Assembly (NCBI GenBank): GCA_951406725.2
Contig: OX597816.1
Span: 143,096,001-143,160,000 of the forward strand
Direction: 5' to 3'
Length of the DNA: 64,000 nucleotides
Source: Octopus vulgaris
Lineage: Eukaryota
Below the pieces are notes generated by a model that saw nothing but the letters and a program-made list of their open reading frames with translations, was not told where the DNA came from and made no database searches. Positions 49,625 through 61,512 of the stretch are shown piece by piece (position 1 is the stretch's first letter; each line of letters begins with the position of its first letter). Both the position numbers and the translations under genes were made by a program.

Positions 49625-52600
49625 CTATTTCCAATTAAAAATGAAGAAAACATATTATTATAAATAAATTAGAAAAAAAATTTTATAGTCTGATTTTAAT
49701 GCTACTGATTTCCACACTTGAATCTATTTATTATTAACATTAACCTCTTCATCATAAAAAGAGGATCTTGGAAACCCTTCTGTCACATTCCAAACAATAT
49801 CTCAGATAGCTTAGGTGTTGTTTCCAACAACTAAATTTGAGTTTTTAAAATTATTTCTGTCTTTCCATAGTATATATGAGGCAAGCCATAATTTTTACAA
49901 GAGAATTATAAGATATTTCAGTATAGAAGAATTTAAAGAAATAAAGCTGATATTTAATCATCATTTAAAATGTGTTTCCCCATCTTTTACAGCAGAAAGC
50001 AATGAGCTAACTATATTACTAAAGCATATTAAATTATAATTATCTTACAATTAAATTTTATTCATTTATTTATTATAAACTATTTACAATATCTATCTAC
50101 TAGAAAAACAAAAACAAATTTAATTTGATTTGCTTACAAGATGTTTATGAAAATTTAGGAGTCTTAAATTATTCTGTTATTCATATAATAATGTCGATAA
50201 CAACATGACAATTTTCAGTTTTATCCAAATTTTATTCCACCCACTTAGCATTATTTAAATTTTTTTTAATGAACATCATTATGAGATAAAAAAAGTTAGA
50301 TACATAAGAAATTTTATGTGACATTTAGTGGGAAGGGAAAAGTGAGGTAGAAAAGCTATTAGACTATTAGTCCTTGTATGGGTCACTTGTTCTGTCACAA
50401 CATATATTTCATAGTGTCTCTGGTTAAGATAAATTAAATATCTTTTTCTAAGGGACAAATTTCAATTCCTTAAGGAATTTTTTACAAACATCACCTACTA
50501 AATTTAATGTCTAGATTTATAAAACCTACTAAATTTAATGTCTAAATATGTGAAATGAATTGTTAGTAATTTTATAAGTTTTTGAACTATTTAACCCCAT
50601 TTTTAAAGATGAATTAATTTTTTTTGCAGTATCTACATCTATACTATGTTTTGATGGTGGTTTTGTTTTTATTCCTAGGTGAGTACATAGTAACAGATTA
50701 GATTTCATTTAGAAATCCTAATTTCTAAAGAGTAATAACATTTTCTAAAGATAAGGTTAACAGTCCAATTTTCCTGATGAATAAGTACGAGAACTTTCTG
50801 GGTAATTTACTAGCAACAGACAATAAAATATTATCTAAGAGATGCATCTCATACCTTAACTCTAATATATCTTAATTTCTCACTATCTGGCTCTCTGTAT
50901 TTTATGAAAAGATGAATTTTACTAATCAAATACTGTTTACTAAATAGGAATTTGTTACATATAATTAATGATTGACATTCAAATTTGATTTTAATATATT
51001 TTTTTATATGTGAGTAAAAATTAGTTAAATCAATAATTTTTGTTTCAGACATTTTGCTTTCAGATTTTTGTCCTTGTAAATATATTATTTTCTTAAAAAT
51101 TGATTGTAAACAAACCAAATAAGAATAGTAAATCCAGTAACTTTATCATCTAACCAGCTACTCCATTATGCTTGATATCCATGCCATTGAGCAGTATATG
51201 AATATACATTAATATAGCCCTTCCTATCCAAGATAACTGTCTCTATTAGTATCAGCTCATTAGCCTTAACTAAATTGTTAGTTTCCTTTGTTCTATCTAC
51301 ACATTAATTATACTTGCTTCCTTAATTTCCCAAATTCATTCTCATAATATGTCAATAATACTATGTTCAGTTTAGTAAATAATATTTTTTAGCTTTTGTT
51401 CTTTTTTAACCCTTCTTAGTCTACAAAACTATATTTTACCTTAGATTTATATACATTTAATAAACATTATTCTCATGTTTTTCCCTCATCTTAATCAGCC
51501 AGAATTTTCTATGATACTAGATTATAACCTCTAGTGTACAATACACTGTTCAAATGGTCTATTCTATGAATAGAGAAATCTTTCATTGGTATAAAAGAAT
51601 CTGTCAGCAAATACAGGCTTCAACTACCATCAACATTAACCACATTATCAACACCATTGAAATTGCTTGAACTATAAAAAAAAATTATTCTTTCTAATAT
51701 TATATGTTCTCATCATTATTCTTTGCAATTCTCCCATTAATTATTTACATTTGAAATGAATCAATCAGAGTGTTACTGCCAGCAGCTATTGGAAACACTT
51801 ATATTACTAAAGATAAAGCAGGATAAAAGTCTTGCAGGTGATGGGATGTTTTAATGGGTGGATGACAGTTTAGAAAAGTTATATAAATAGCCAGTTGTTT
51901 GAAAGTAAATATATCAAATAGTAAAAGTACTAGGTACCCATGAAGAGAGGTAAAATAATTGTGATGTTATGAGCTGAGACAGCAAGTAAAGTGGGGAACA
52001 GAGGTGACAAGCTGTGTGTAGCTGTTATTCCTTTTCTTGGCATAAGCAGGTGTCGCCAATGTGCCAGGAGAGAGAGTGAAGAGCAAGGGAGAAAAAGGAA
52101 AAACATCTCCACACAAGGCAGTCTTTCCTTCTACTTCCTTTCTGCAGTGTAACCTACTGTCTCTTTCTCCTGTGGTTAAAGTAAGGATAAATTGTTTTAC
52201 ATCCAATTGCCTAATCCCTGCTACAAGCTATTCCAGCTCATAACTGTGTGAACATGTCAAACAAAGTGAAAATCTCTAGCAATGTGATAAGACCATTTAG
52301 TGATGAGGGAATTGTAGTTATACAGGTGAAGATGGTTAGTTTGGTCACAAAACTGCAGGGAGTTAGCAATTTCACAAGTTTTATTATCTAGAGGGGATGG
52401 TGTTGAATGAATGAAGAAGCCTTGCTAGATGCAAGAAGAATAGAAGCCAGGTTAAAGGAAGCTTTTATTGAAAGAGCATCTGTGACCTGCAGCAGACAGG
52501 GAATAGTAAGATAGGCTGAGGAACTGGTGAATGTGTTTGCCAATGAAGTCAGATAAGCTGGACTGGTTGAATACACAGAAAGGCTGAAGAAGACAGTAAA

Positions 52601-52720
52601 GCTGGTGTTTGTGACTTATTTCTATGATTACTTTTCAATAGAGCTACAATAGTATTGACTATAGCTATGAGAGATTTAGTGACCAACACTAAAATGCTAA
52701 CAACAAAGGCACAAAATATT

Positions 52721-52920
52721 ATTTTCTATACTAGACACAAGGCCCAAAATTTTGTGGGAGGAGGCCAGTCGATTAGATCAACTCCAGTATGCAGCTGGTA
52801 CTTGATTTATTAACCCCGAAAGGATGAAAGGCAAAGTTGACCTTGGTGAAATTTGAACTCAGAATGTAACAACAGATGAAATACTGCTAAGCATTGCACC
52901 CAGTGTGCTCGCCACCTTAC
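52721..52920 (-). mobile_element. Full-length tRNA-type SINE with a 15-bp TSD
   Basis: Minus-strand core GAGTTCAAATTTCACCAAGGTCAACTTTGCCTTTCATCCTTTCGGGG (B-box plus conserved core). TSD AAGGCACAAAATATT at 52706-52720 and 52921-52935. Confidence 0.85.
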
Positions 52921-53201
52921 AAGGCACAAAATATTGTGACAGTGGTTACAGTGGGGAAGAGTGAGATCAGACAGCAATCTAAGAACAGTGCAATCTTTCA
53001 AGGGGCAATGCTTCAGATGTATTGGGCTATCTGTATTGCAAAGTGAAGAAAAATAAGAGAAAAATAAGGCAGATGTCCTTACTAGGGTAAGGAAAGCCTA
53101 AGTGAGGTTGCCAGAGGATTTGGAGAAGACTGTGACTGTAGCATGCTGCTAGGGGTAACCTGGAGTTGAAGAAGAATCATGACATGAATTATATGGACAT
53201 A

Positions 53202-54504
53202 CACTTGCGTCAGAAATTAATTAGCACTTCTCAAATTTCTACATTTTCTTACATTTTCTTAATTTAATTAACTTATTATCAGAAACGAACCCGTTTTTAA
53301 TCAAAAATTTATTAAAACATATCCCAGCATACCACATAATAGTCAATATCTTGTTGCTCCTCCTTTGGCAGCAATGACAGCTGCTACGCGGGTCGGCATG
53401 CTGTCTATGAGCGCCTGCAGGTACTGTGCAGGGATAGCCCTCCATGCAGCAAGAAGTGCCCCAAACAGCTCGTGTCGGTTCCTGTATTGCTGCACATTCA
53501 AATCCCTACCCAATCGACTGCTGCACGGTCCATGTCTTGTGGGCATGGGCCCAGAGCAGCCGCCTCTTCCGGTTTTGGGCTGTAAGGAGCGGCTTACGGG
53601 CGGCCCTACAGGATTTTAGACCAGCTTCCAGTAATCTGGTCTTGACGGTGGTTGTAGACAACTGCTTCCCTGTCACCTTTTGCATCTCCTCCGCCAGTTG
53701 CCGGCTCGTTGCCCTTCAGTTGTTCAGCGACTTTCGGATCAGCATCCGGTCCTCCCGCTGGGTCGTCAGCCTCTTCTGTCCCCTACCCTTTTTGTCAGCT
53801 GCTGATCCGGTTTCTTCGTATTTCTTAAATAAGCACTGAATTGTGCGCCTGGCTACACCAAGTTTTCTGGCTATTGCAGCCTCCGACAGCTTCCCACGCC
53901 ACGAGAGAGCCTCGTACCGTCTCTCCAAGGTCATGCGAGGTCTTGGGCCCATCTAGGAATGAACGATAAAAACCAGTTATTTTCATTAAAACTATTCATT
54001 TGAATAATGTTATGCTATAACAAAACTACTATGAGTTATTATTCATTAAACAAAAAAGAAAGAAAGCAGAATTTCTCACTTTATTTGATGTATAACAGAA
54101 AGTTTTGTGAACCAGAAGTGACGTCACGAAGCAGAGTGTAGGAGAATTTGTGAGGAAAAAAAATCTTGCAAATACACAAATCAATTAACCTACAAGCTGT
54201 TCAAAACATCTTACACGATGAGAAAACTTAGTACGGTGTGATTTCGGTCCTTGCAAGGTGCTACCTATATCTATTAAACAAAGGAAGATTTGTCTGCATC
54301 CGCACTCCAAGTTGTTGTTGCACTGCTATGTCAACATCATTAGGCTGTAGACTATCAAACCGCTCTGCAAACAAAGTTACGTCATCGTTCTGCGCAACAG
54401 TGAACTCACAACAAAGCAATAGTTCGAGATATGGCCATTAGGTGACAGCACATACCTTGAGTGAAGAGCAAATCAAGGGTGCTAATTAATTTCTGACAGT
54501 AGTG
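53202..54504 (-). mobile_element. Young Tc1-family DNA transposon, catalytic core deleted
   Basis: TIRs CACTTGCGTCAGAAATTAATTAGCAC and GTGCTAATTAATTTCTGACAGTAGTG with TA flanks. HTH (ARKLGVARRTIQ, GRGQKRLTTQREDRML), RRKPLLT..RKRRLLWA and C-terminal LIDSMPTRVAAVIAAKGGATRY are present; the DDE region is absent and there is one premature stop. Confidence 0.92.
54118..54127. promoter_or_regulatory. Perfect CRE/ATF palindrome GTGACGTCAC upstream of the Tc1 transposase
   Basis: Exact TGACGTCA core within a 10-bp palindrome, about 165 bp upstream of the transposase ATG at 53952. Function untested. Confidence 0.35.
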
Positions 54505-55334
54505 TATACAGAACACTGCTTTTGACCAGAAAGATTGATCCAATGTCACAAATGAGTGTTCAGAAAGTGGTTAGAAGCTGAATGTGAATAAGAGAGAATA
54601 TATTCAAATAAGAAACAATTGCAAGTAGTTGGTGGTGAATGTGACAAATTATTGCCCAATTCACTTCTGGCCTGGTTGAGCAACTATTTGGAGAGAAACT
54701 TGCAGAGAAACTGCAGTTGAAATTACTAGAATTAAAATAAGGACAAATTGTTTATCTTCTGTTTACCAATCCTGCTACAATAATGAATAACTGAAATCAA
54801 TTTAAAGAAAAGAATAACTAAAACTGATGCAAAATCAATGATGGATCTAGTTTTTTTCATCCACAAAATATGCATTTTTTAAAAGGAAGTATAAAATTTG
54901 AAATTCAGCTATAATAATGTAGCTTTCCAGTCTCATTTCCTTGAGGGTATGATGTTGTGGAGAAAAAAGATGGAAACAAAAGTTACAGAGGTTTAAAAAT
55001 CACAAAAACTGGGTATTTTTAGCCAATAGCAAAACAGAAATTTTTTGCATTTAGTAAGCGGTGTCAACTTTAAGGATGTACCCTGTGAAATTTATAGTTT
55101 AGCATCTGACCTGTTCATTGTAGGTTCCTAAATAAACATAAATACCTAATTTCATTATAGGTTTCTAAATAAACAGAAATACCTAATAAAATCAACATGT
55201 ATCATCTTACTGTTTCTTTTGTCTCTTCATTGATTGTATTTTTTTTTTGTCATTTTAAAAATTTGTTATATTAATATATTTGTCTGCATGTGTTTACTTT
55301 ATGCATATTTCAGTATTATGTATACCTGTCATGT

Positions 55335-55373
<39 letters not shown>

Positions 55374-55744
55374 ATGAAAAGGGGGTGTCTGTCTCCAAAA
55401 CTCCAAAGTTAAGTAACGTTTTCATGCTTGGGTTTGTAAACTACAATAAGAAAAACACTGGTCGACAAAGAATTTGTCTCCAAAGAAAAGAATACCTGTA
55501 TCTTATGTTTTCAAAAATAAGAATTCAAAAATAATGTCAAATTATCTGTATCACCCACAGTTTCTCTGTTCCACGATATCCCTCTCAGTTCCTGTTACAT
55601 GGGCTAAATTTCAGTAAAGCTGTTGAAATGTGAAGCTAACGGTTTAAGAAATACTCCTAATTTAAATTTTTATGAATAGAATTAACCTAGTGAAATCATA
55701 AATCCAGTTATCTGAGTCAATGAGTCCCAAAATATATGAAATGA

Positions 55745-55840
55745 AAAATATGTAAGAATACTAACACACAGAAAAAGCACAGAAAAATACTAACACACAG
55801 AAGCACAGAAAAATATGTAATATACTAACACACAGAAAAA
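55745..55840. repeat. Short imperfect tandem repeat (ATACTAACACACAGAA x3)
   Basis: The motif recurs at about 55758, 55787 and 55822. Confidence 0.7.
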
Positions 55841-56254
55841 TTAAAACAAAACATGTGGGTGAAAAGAATCTCAAGGTGTGAAGAATCAAGTGTGAAAAAT
55901 CAACATAGACAACAGTGGCACAGACAAAAGTGAACCACAATTGTGAACACAACAATTGTCATGGTAACAATTTGCTAATGCCACACTGTCTTATTGATTG
56001 GCTAAAATTACCCAAATTTTCCAACTTTAATTCATTAGATTCTTTAATTTATGAGATTTTTTGTAATTGGTTGATCATAAACAAAATTCAGAGTTACATC
56101 GATACACCAAAATTGAAAGGGATCTGAGCAAAATTAAGGGGAGTCTCATTTTGTGAATGAGAAAGCTAGATCCTCAATCATTTTCTCTCATAATAAAACA
56201 TTAAAAAATAAGATGATATACTATTTCAAAATAGCTATTAAAACAAGCCAATAA

Positions 56255-56445
56255 GGGATCCTTAGCATGGTCACTCAACTTGGTAGAAACTGCAGCCAAC
56301 TTTCCCTCCAACTTATACTCTGTATTGAATAATGTAGCCTAGGGTACACTATCCTTGTCAAAACTAAAAAGGTGCAATACTTACAGATACCTTTGATTAT
56401 AAATTTGCTCAGTAATGGCTAGCTTGGGGCTAAGCAACAACAAAT
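56255..56445 (+). mobile_element. Dispersed repeat, third family (CATGGTCACTCAAC..GCTAGAAA..GCAGCCAAA)
   Basis: The same motif occurs at about 9390-9650(+), 11180-11360(-), 16695-16855(-), 44760-44950(-), 46915-46980(+) and 59685-59880(+). Confidence 0.6.
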
Positions 56446-57128
56446 ACATATAGATTAGAAACATTAAAAAGATAAAAGATTTCAGGGAAATATTTAGGAG
56501 GTATCCAAGTTACTCACAATAAACTTGTAAAAAGATAAGAGCATCTGAAGACTGAGAGCCACAATACTGCATTGCATTTCCAGGACATCTCTGATCACAA
56601 CGAGAACTAGGTTTTTTATGATGTTTAGGGCTTTCAGGAGTAGCAAAACATTGTTTCCTAATCAAAAAGATTAAAAAATGTTTCTTTACTTAAACAGATA
56701 TTAAAAGTTCAGTTTTAATTAAATGCTTCAAGGTGCTGTACTAGAAAAGAGTTAAAAAAAAGAAGATATAATAGTTTTGAGGGATAAGAGTACTAGATGA
56801 AATTAGTATACTAGCTTCTCTTGCTTTTATTATGAATTTGATTAACTGTTAGATGGAGTAAAATTTTAAGAATTCATGGTTTGAAAATATCAGAAAAGTG
56901 AAAAAAGAAAATTGTTTATTATTCCTACAAATTGTTAGATCTTTCATCTATTGTTATTTGAGGACAATATCAACTTTAGTTAACAGTAGCTATTCTAAAT
57001 GATGGCTATCACAATATTACATTACATCTTAAGGATATTATAAAGGTCAAAAATTCAATCATCAGTAACACGCAGTATCTAATATATAGTAGTAAGCTAT
57101 TCTAGACTATAGGAAGAACATTCTTAAC

Positions 57129-57171
<43 letters not shown>

Positions 57172-57291
57172 AATTTTTTGCGTAATAAGATAAAAAACCA
57201 AGGCTGTATAGATATTAGAGCATTTATAGATATCTGTAAATGCTCTAATATCTATACAGCCTTGGTTTTTTATCTTATTACGCAAAAAATT
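57172..57291. repeat. 120-bp spacerless palindrome with a single mismatch (probably a small MITE)
   Basis: The arms are reverse complements about the centre 57231/57232. The only mismatch is T57227/G57236. It abuts (TA)n. Confidence 0.9.
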
Positions 57292-57500
57292 ATTATATAC
57301 ACATGCTGACAACCAAATCTCAAACTATTTATGCGAAAGTATAGCTGAGGAGGTGCCCTCTTTAAAACTTAACAGTTTGCAATTTAGTTGAGAACTGAAT
57401 TAGTGGTGAAACTTGGAAGCTGCTGAGATTGATGAAATGATGGACTTAAGAATATATTCAACCACTACCGTGGTTGAATGATATATATATATGTATGGCA

Positions 57501-57702
57501 TTTTCCAAGTAATTGTTGTCACTGAAATGCCAACATCAAACTGAGACACTGCGTGACCTTTCTCAACCAATTGCAGGCTAACACCCAGTAATAAACAGTG
57601 ACTTTCTCCTATTGACATCTCATTCTAATTCCAATGGCTGAAGACAAACACCACGCGTGAAACTCGAAGTACCAAGGAATTTGAATCAAACTGTTTGATC
57701 CA
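57501..57702. mobile_element. Single arm of the fold-back MITE family seen at 21298-21681
   Basis: Reverse complement of 21298-21500. Track ORFs 21338.. and 57400.. share LVEKGHxVSQFDVGI. Flanked by (TA)n. Confidence 0.8.
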
Positions 57703-57707
57703 TACAT

Positions 57708-57751
<44 letters not shown>

Positions 57752-60269
57752 ACACCCACACACATCACTATATCAAACAGACTGTTAGATGTTGTTATAC
57801 AATGCACTTCCAATTCTTTTTTGATTGCAAACTTTTTTTCCCTCTTGGCCCAAATTGTTTAACTCAATCATCTAAATCATCTTTCCATCATCATGGAGGT
57901 CTTCTGGGTAGCCTTTTCAGATCTCATATATATAAGATTATAATTAAACTGAGAAATAGATCAGAGCCAGTAGCAAATTGGTAATATGCTACTAGCAAAA
58001 GATGTGGATTTGATTCCAGTTTAGTTTTCCCTATTCCTTCTATCTACACTTCCACTTTCAATCAATATACATACACACACACACACACACATGAAGATGC
58101 ATACATTATTAACAGATATTTTCTCTTTTTTGTATTTTTCCATTTATTTGAATATTTGCTGTTCAATCAACTAGAATGTTAATTGAAACAATACTAATGA
58201 ACATATAAGTGCATGAAAGACAATAAACTGCCAAAACAATAAGAAATATCAAGAATGGTTTCAATATTATTCATATATGAAAGTATTACTATACAATTTG
58301 TTTATTTAGCTGTTTTTTCTTTTAGTCTTGTTTTGATTGTTGTAGATTGTCTTATAAATTTGCTGCAGCAAAGGGGTTTAAGATTAGAACAGTAGGTAAC
58401 ATGCAACTCCTTAGTGGGTTAAACCAGAAAGTTATTTATCTACATAAGAAGCTAGTTTGCTATCTTTTGTATAACCATGTAATTACTTTGCAAGAAAATG
58501 ATGGATCTTCCATAAAATCTTATCTCAAAGCACATGGGAAAACTTATAAATGCTTTGTGCATTTAAAAATATGTTTATTATCTAATTGCATCAGCAGTTT
58601 ATGAACTAACAATATTCGTGGGTAATAAAATTAAAATAATTTTATTTCTAACTAAATTTATAAAATATGCTCTATCAAAAAAAAAATTTTGAACTATTTT
58701 GTATTAACGAAAAATTTTTTTTCCAAGCATTTCCTATACTTTTTAATGATTTGATAATCAAAAGGAACAGGCAGTTCTTAATAACCTTAGCAAGCCTTCC
58801 AAAACTGGTATAATTGATATGGTTACTTTTCAGTTTGAACATCTTTAACCATTCCAACATCAACCTGCCTGAGATCATTCCTGGTTCAATGGTACAAAAC
58901 AGTTTGTTTTAAAGTGTTTATATATATATATATATATATTTTTCTAGTTTCAGCTCAGAGCTGCGGCCATGCTGATGCACCGCCGTTATATATATATATA
59001 TTTAAGTCATGTGTCATAATTTTATAATAGAACCATTTGTTATGTAATGTTCTAAATGGCAGGTTAATAATGCAGAAAGTTTTTTCTTTTTCTTTTTTTC
59101 TTTCCCTAAAGCCCTTTGAAATCCTGGTTATTTAAAAAAATACTAAAACTGAAACATTGACAGTATATCTCATTAAGTGCATGGCCAAGTTTATGTCTGT
59201 AGATGCTAGAAAGGAATTCCAGAGAAGTAACATTCTGGAAAGAAAAGATTGGGAACAGTATTTAGTAAGAACTTGGGGGTGTCAAGATTAAAAAAAAGTG
59301 ATGACAGATGTGTCTCAGGTAGTCCTCTGTAGAAGTAGTATGTAATTTACTAGTTCTCAAAAGCAGAGGCTATTGAAGTAACAGTAGAATAGGTATAGTG
59401 TGGAGACAGGTATAGCTAGAGGTTACTATATTTTGCATGTCCTTCTTTTGAGTGTGTTCTAAGTTATTTGTATGTATAGCAGCAGCATCAACCCACATAT
59501 AAGTGGTATTCCATTGTAAGTGTCACTTAAGCGTTACAAAGCTGTGATACTTTTTACAACTGTTTTGTTCTGGATTCAATATTTATTCCACATTAAATCC
59601 ATTGCCATAAAAATTTTTACAAAACTTTTACCCATAAAATTTATCTAAATAATGGTAATCTTTCTCTTTAAGCCAAAGAATCTTTACATAGTTATTCAAT
59701 ATGTTAGAAACAGCAGCCAAAGTTCCTTCAATGTTATCAAATTAAAAAAGGAAATGCACATTGGATTCTGTAATCCTAAATACACAGTACCAGGAAAAAA
59801 GATAAGCTGTACATGGTTAGAATGCCTTTGACCCAAGCTCTGCTGGATCAGTTATTATGGGGTTAAATACTAAAAACAACTGTTCTTGTGTTATTATAAG
59901 GAAGTAAACAATTTCTATTTTACTAATTCAGTAACATGTCTATTATTGTTTTGCCTGCACAGATGTATTAGAAATAAGGATCTAGGAGTCAATCCTATCC
60001 CTATCTGTGTGGATATAGCTGGAGAAAATATTGACTGCGATTTAGAAACACAAAAAAACATATTTATACTTAATATAAAAAAAAAGATACATCAAGGTTC
60101 AAGCACAGCCATGTGGTTCAGAAGTTCACTTTATAGTCAGTAGCCTCTGGTTCAATTCCACTGTGCAACACCTCAGGCAGATATCTTCTACATTAGATGA
60201 ACCAATGCTTTTGACCAGCATTTAGTACATATACATATACACTCACACACAATGTATTATGTATGTATG

Positions 60270-60590
60270 CATCATCATCATCATCATCGTTTAACGTCCG
60301 TTTTCCGCGCTAGCACGGGTTGGACGGTTTCGACCGGGGTCTGGGGAGCCAGGGGCTGCCCCAGGCTCCAGTCTGATCTGGCAGTGTTTCTACAGCTGGA
60401 TGCCCTTCCTAACGCCAACCACTCCGCGAGTGTAGTGGGTGCTTTTTACGTGCCACCTGCACAGGTGCCAGAGGGGTCTGGTATCGGCCACGGTCAGTTG
60501 GTGCTTTTTATGTGCCACCTGCACAGAAGCCAGTCGGGGCGGTGCTGGCATCGGCCACGTTCGGATGGTGCTTTTTATGTGGGGGGAGGG
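60270..60590 (-). mobile_element. Young (GAT)n-tailed RTE-related SINE or 3' end with internal tandem units
   Basis: (CAT)6 CGTTTAACGTCCGTTTTCC...GGATGCCCTTCCTAACGCCAACCACTCC with CpGs intact. GGTGCTTTTTA(C/T)GTG recurs three times. Confidence 0.8.
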
Positions 60591-60839
60591 TGCAGAAATA
60601 TAGGGGAGCACCAGTGGGGAGGGGTGTTCGGAGAAACGATGACAGGTTCTAGACAAGTAGAACATAGGATATCACGAGAGGGGTGATGCATGGTGAAATA
60701 GCGTATTGAAGAGGGGGTTCGAAGAGTAGACACCTATAATGGTGGTGGGAGAAGCGACATCCGGTATAGATGGAGCAAAAATATAGAGATATCCGGTATT
60801 GGTGGTGGTGGTGGGGGTGGGCAAGGGCGGGTGCACCGG

Positions 60840-61348
60840 GAATATGCGAAGGTTGAACTTGACGGGCTGGCTTAAAAATGCTCTTAGCAATGGAAGGGGG
60901 GAAAGGAAGATGGGGGAGGGCATACAACGTAAAAGAGGGAGAGAGAGAGAGAGAGAGAGGGAATAGTGGAACCCCGCGAAAATCGGCCGCCATTGAAAAA
61001 ATCCTGTATGGAGAAACTCAAATATCTATTCTGTATTTAGCGAGACACGAGGCCGGAAAACCGATGGTCAACAATAACTAATAAATTATACAGAATATGC
61101 AATACGAGGCGAAATAATAATACTAATAAACAAATTGTCGACTGGGGGTCAAAGGGATAATACTAATACTAATAATAATAATAATAAACAGCTTAACCAC
61201 TAGAGATCAGACAAATTTGCATGAGAATATTACTGGTACAGATTACGGGATGAATTAGATTAGAAAGATTTTCTTATCTTGGGAACATTTCGTTTTTCGG
61301 CCTGACACGGCGAATATGCGAAGGTTGAACTTGACGGGCTGGCTTAAA

Positions 61349-61350
<2 letters not shown>
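60840..61350. repeat. CpG-rich unassigned element bounded by identical 39-bp direct repeats
   Basis: GAATATGCGAAGGTTGAACTTGACGGGCTGGCTTAAAAA at 60840-60878 and 61312-61350. Confidence 0.75.
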
Positions 61351-61409
<59 letters not shown>

Positions 61410-61436
61410 GTATATATATATGTATATATATGTATG

Positions 61437-61505
<69 letters not shown>

Positions 61506-61512
61506 GTATATA
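61346..61512. repeat. Poly(A) followed by long (TA)n/(TATG) microsatellite
   Basis: Seen directly. Other arrays lie at about 1580 (CA), 21740 (TA), 22236 (TA/CA), 55337 (GT) and 57133 (TA). Confidence 0.95.

Larger units (their letters stand above)
51930..54720 (-). mobile_element. Ancient L2/CR1-group LINE remnant, interrupted by a SINE and a Tc1
   Basis: LAHWRHLLMPRKG resembles the PxxWKxAxVxPxPKKG motif preceding RT. Compositionally similar sequence continues on both sides of the insertions. Confidence 0.35.

Noticed and set aside
54790-56140. Possible Kolobok-like DNA element (end motif GGTGTCAACTTTAA near 55060-55073)
   Set aside because: No matching opposite terminus could be found.
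59958-60143. Plus-strand acceptor-like site (ttgttttgcctgcacAG) with an open frame CIRNKDLGVNPIPIC
   Set aside because: No convincing donor, no partner exons, no recognisable domain, and it runs into a SINE.
60252-60686. 144-aa ORF with a His6 run
   Set aside because: The His run is the (CAT)n tail of a SINE read antisense, and the rest is repeat sequence.
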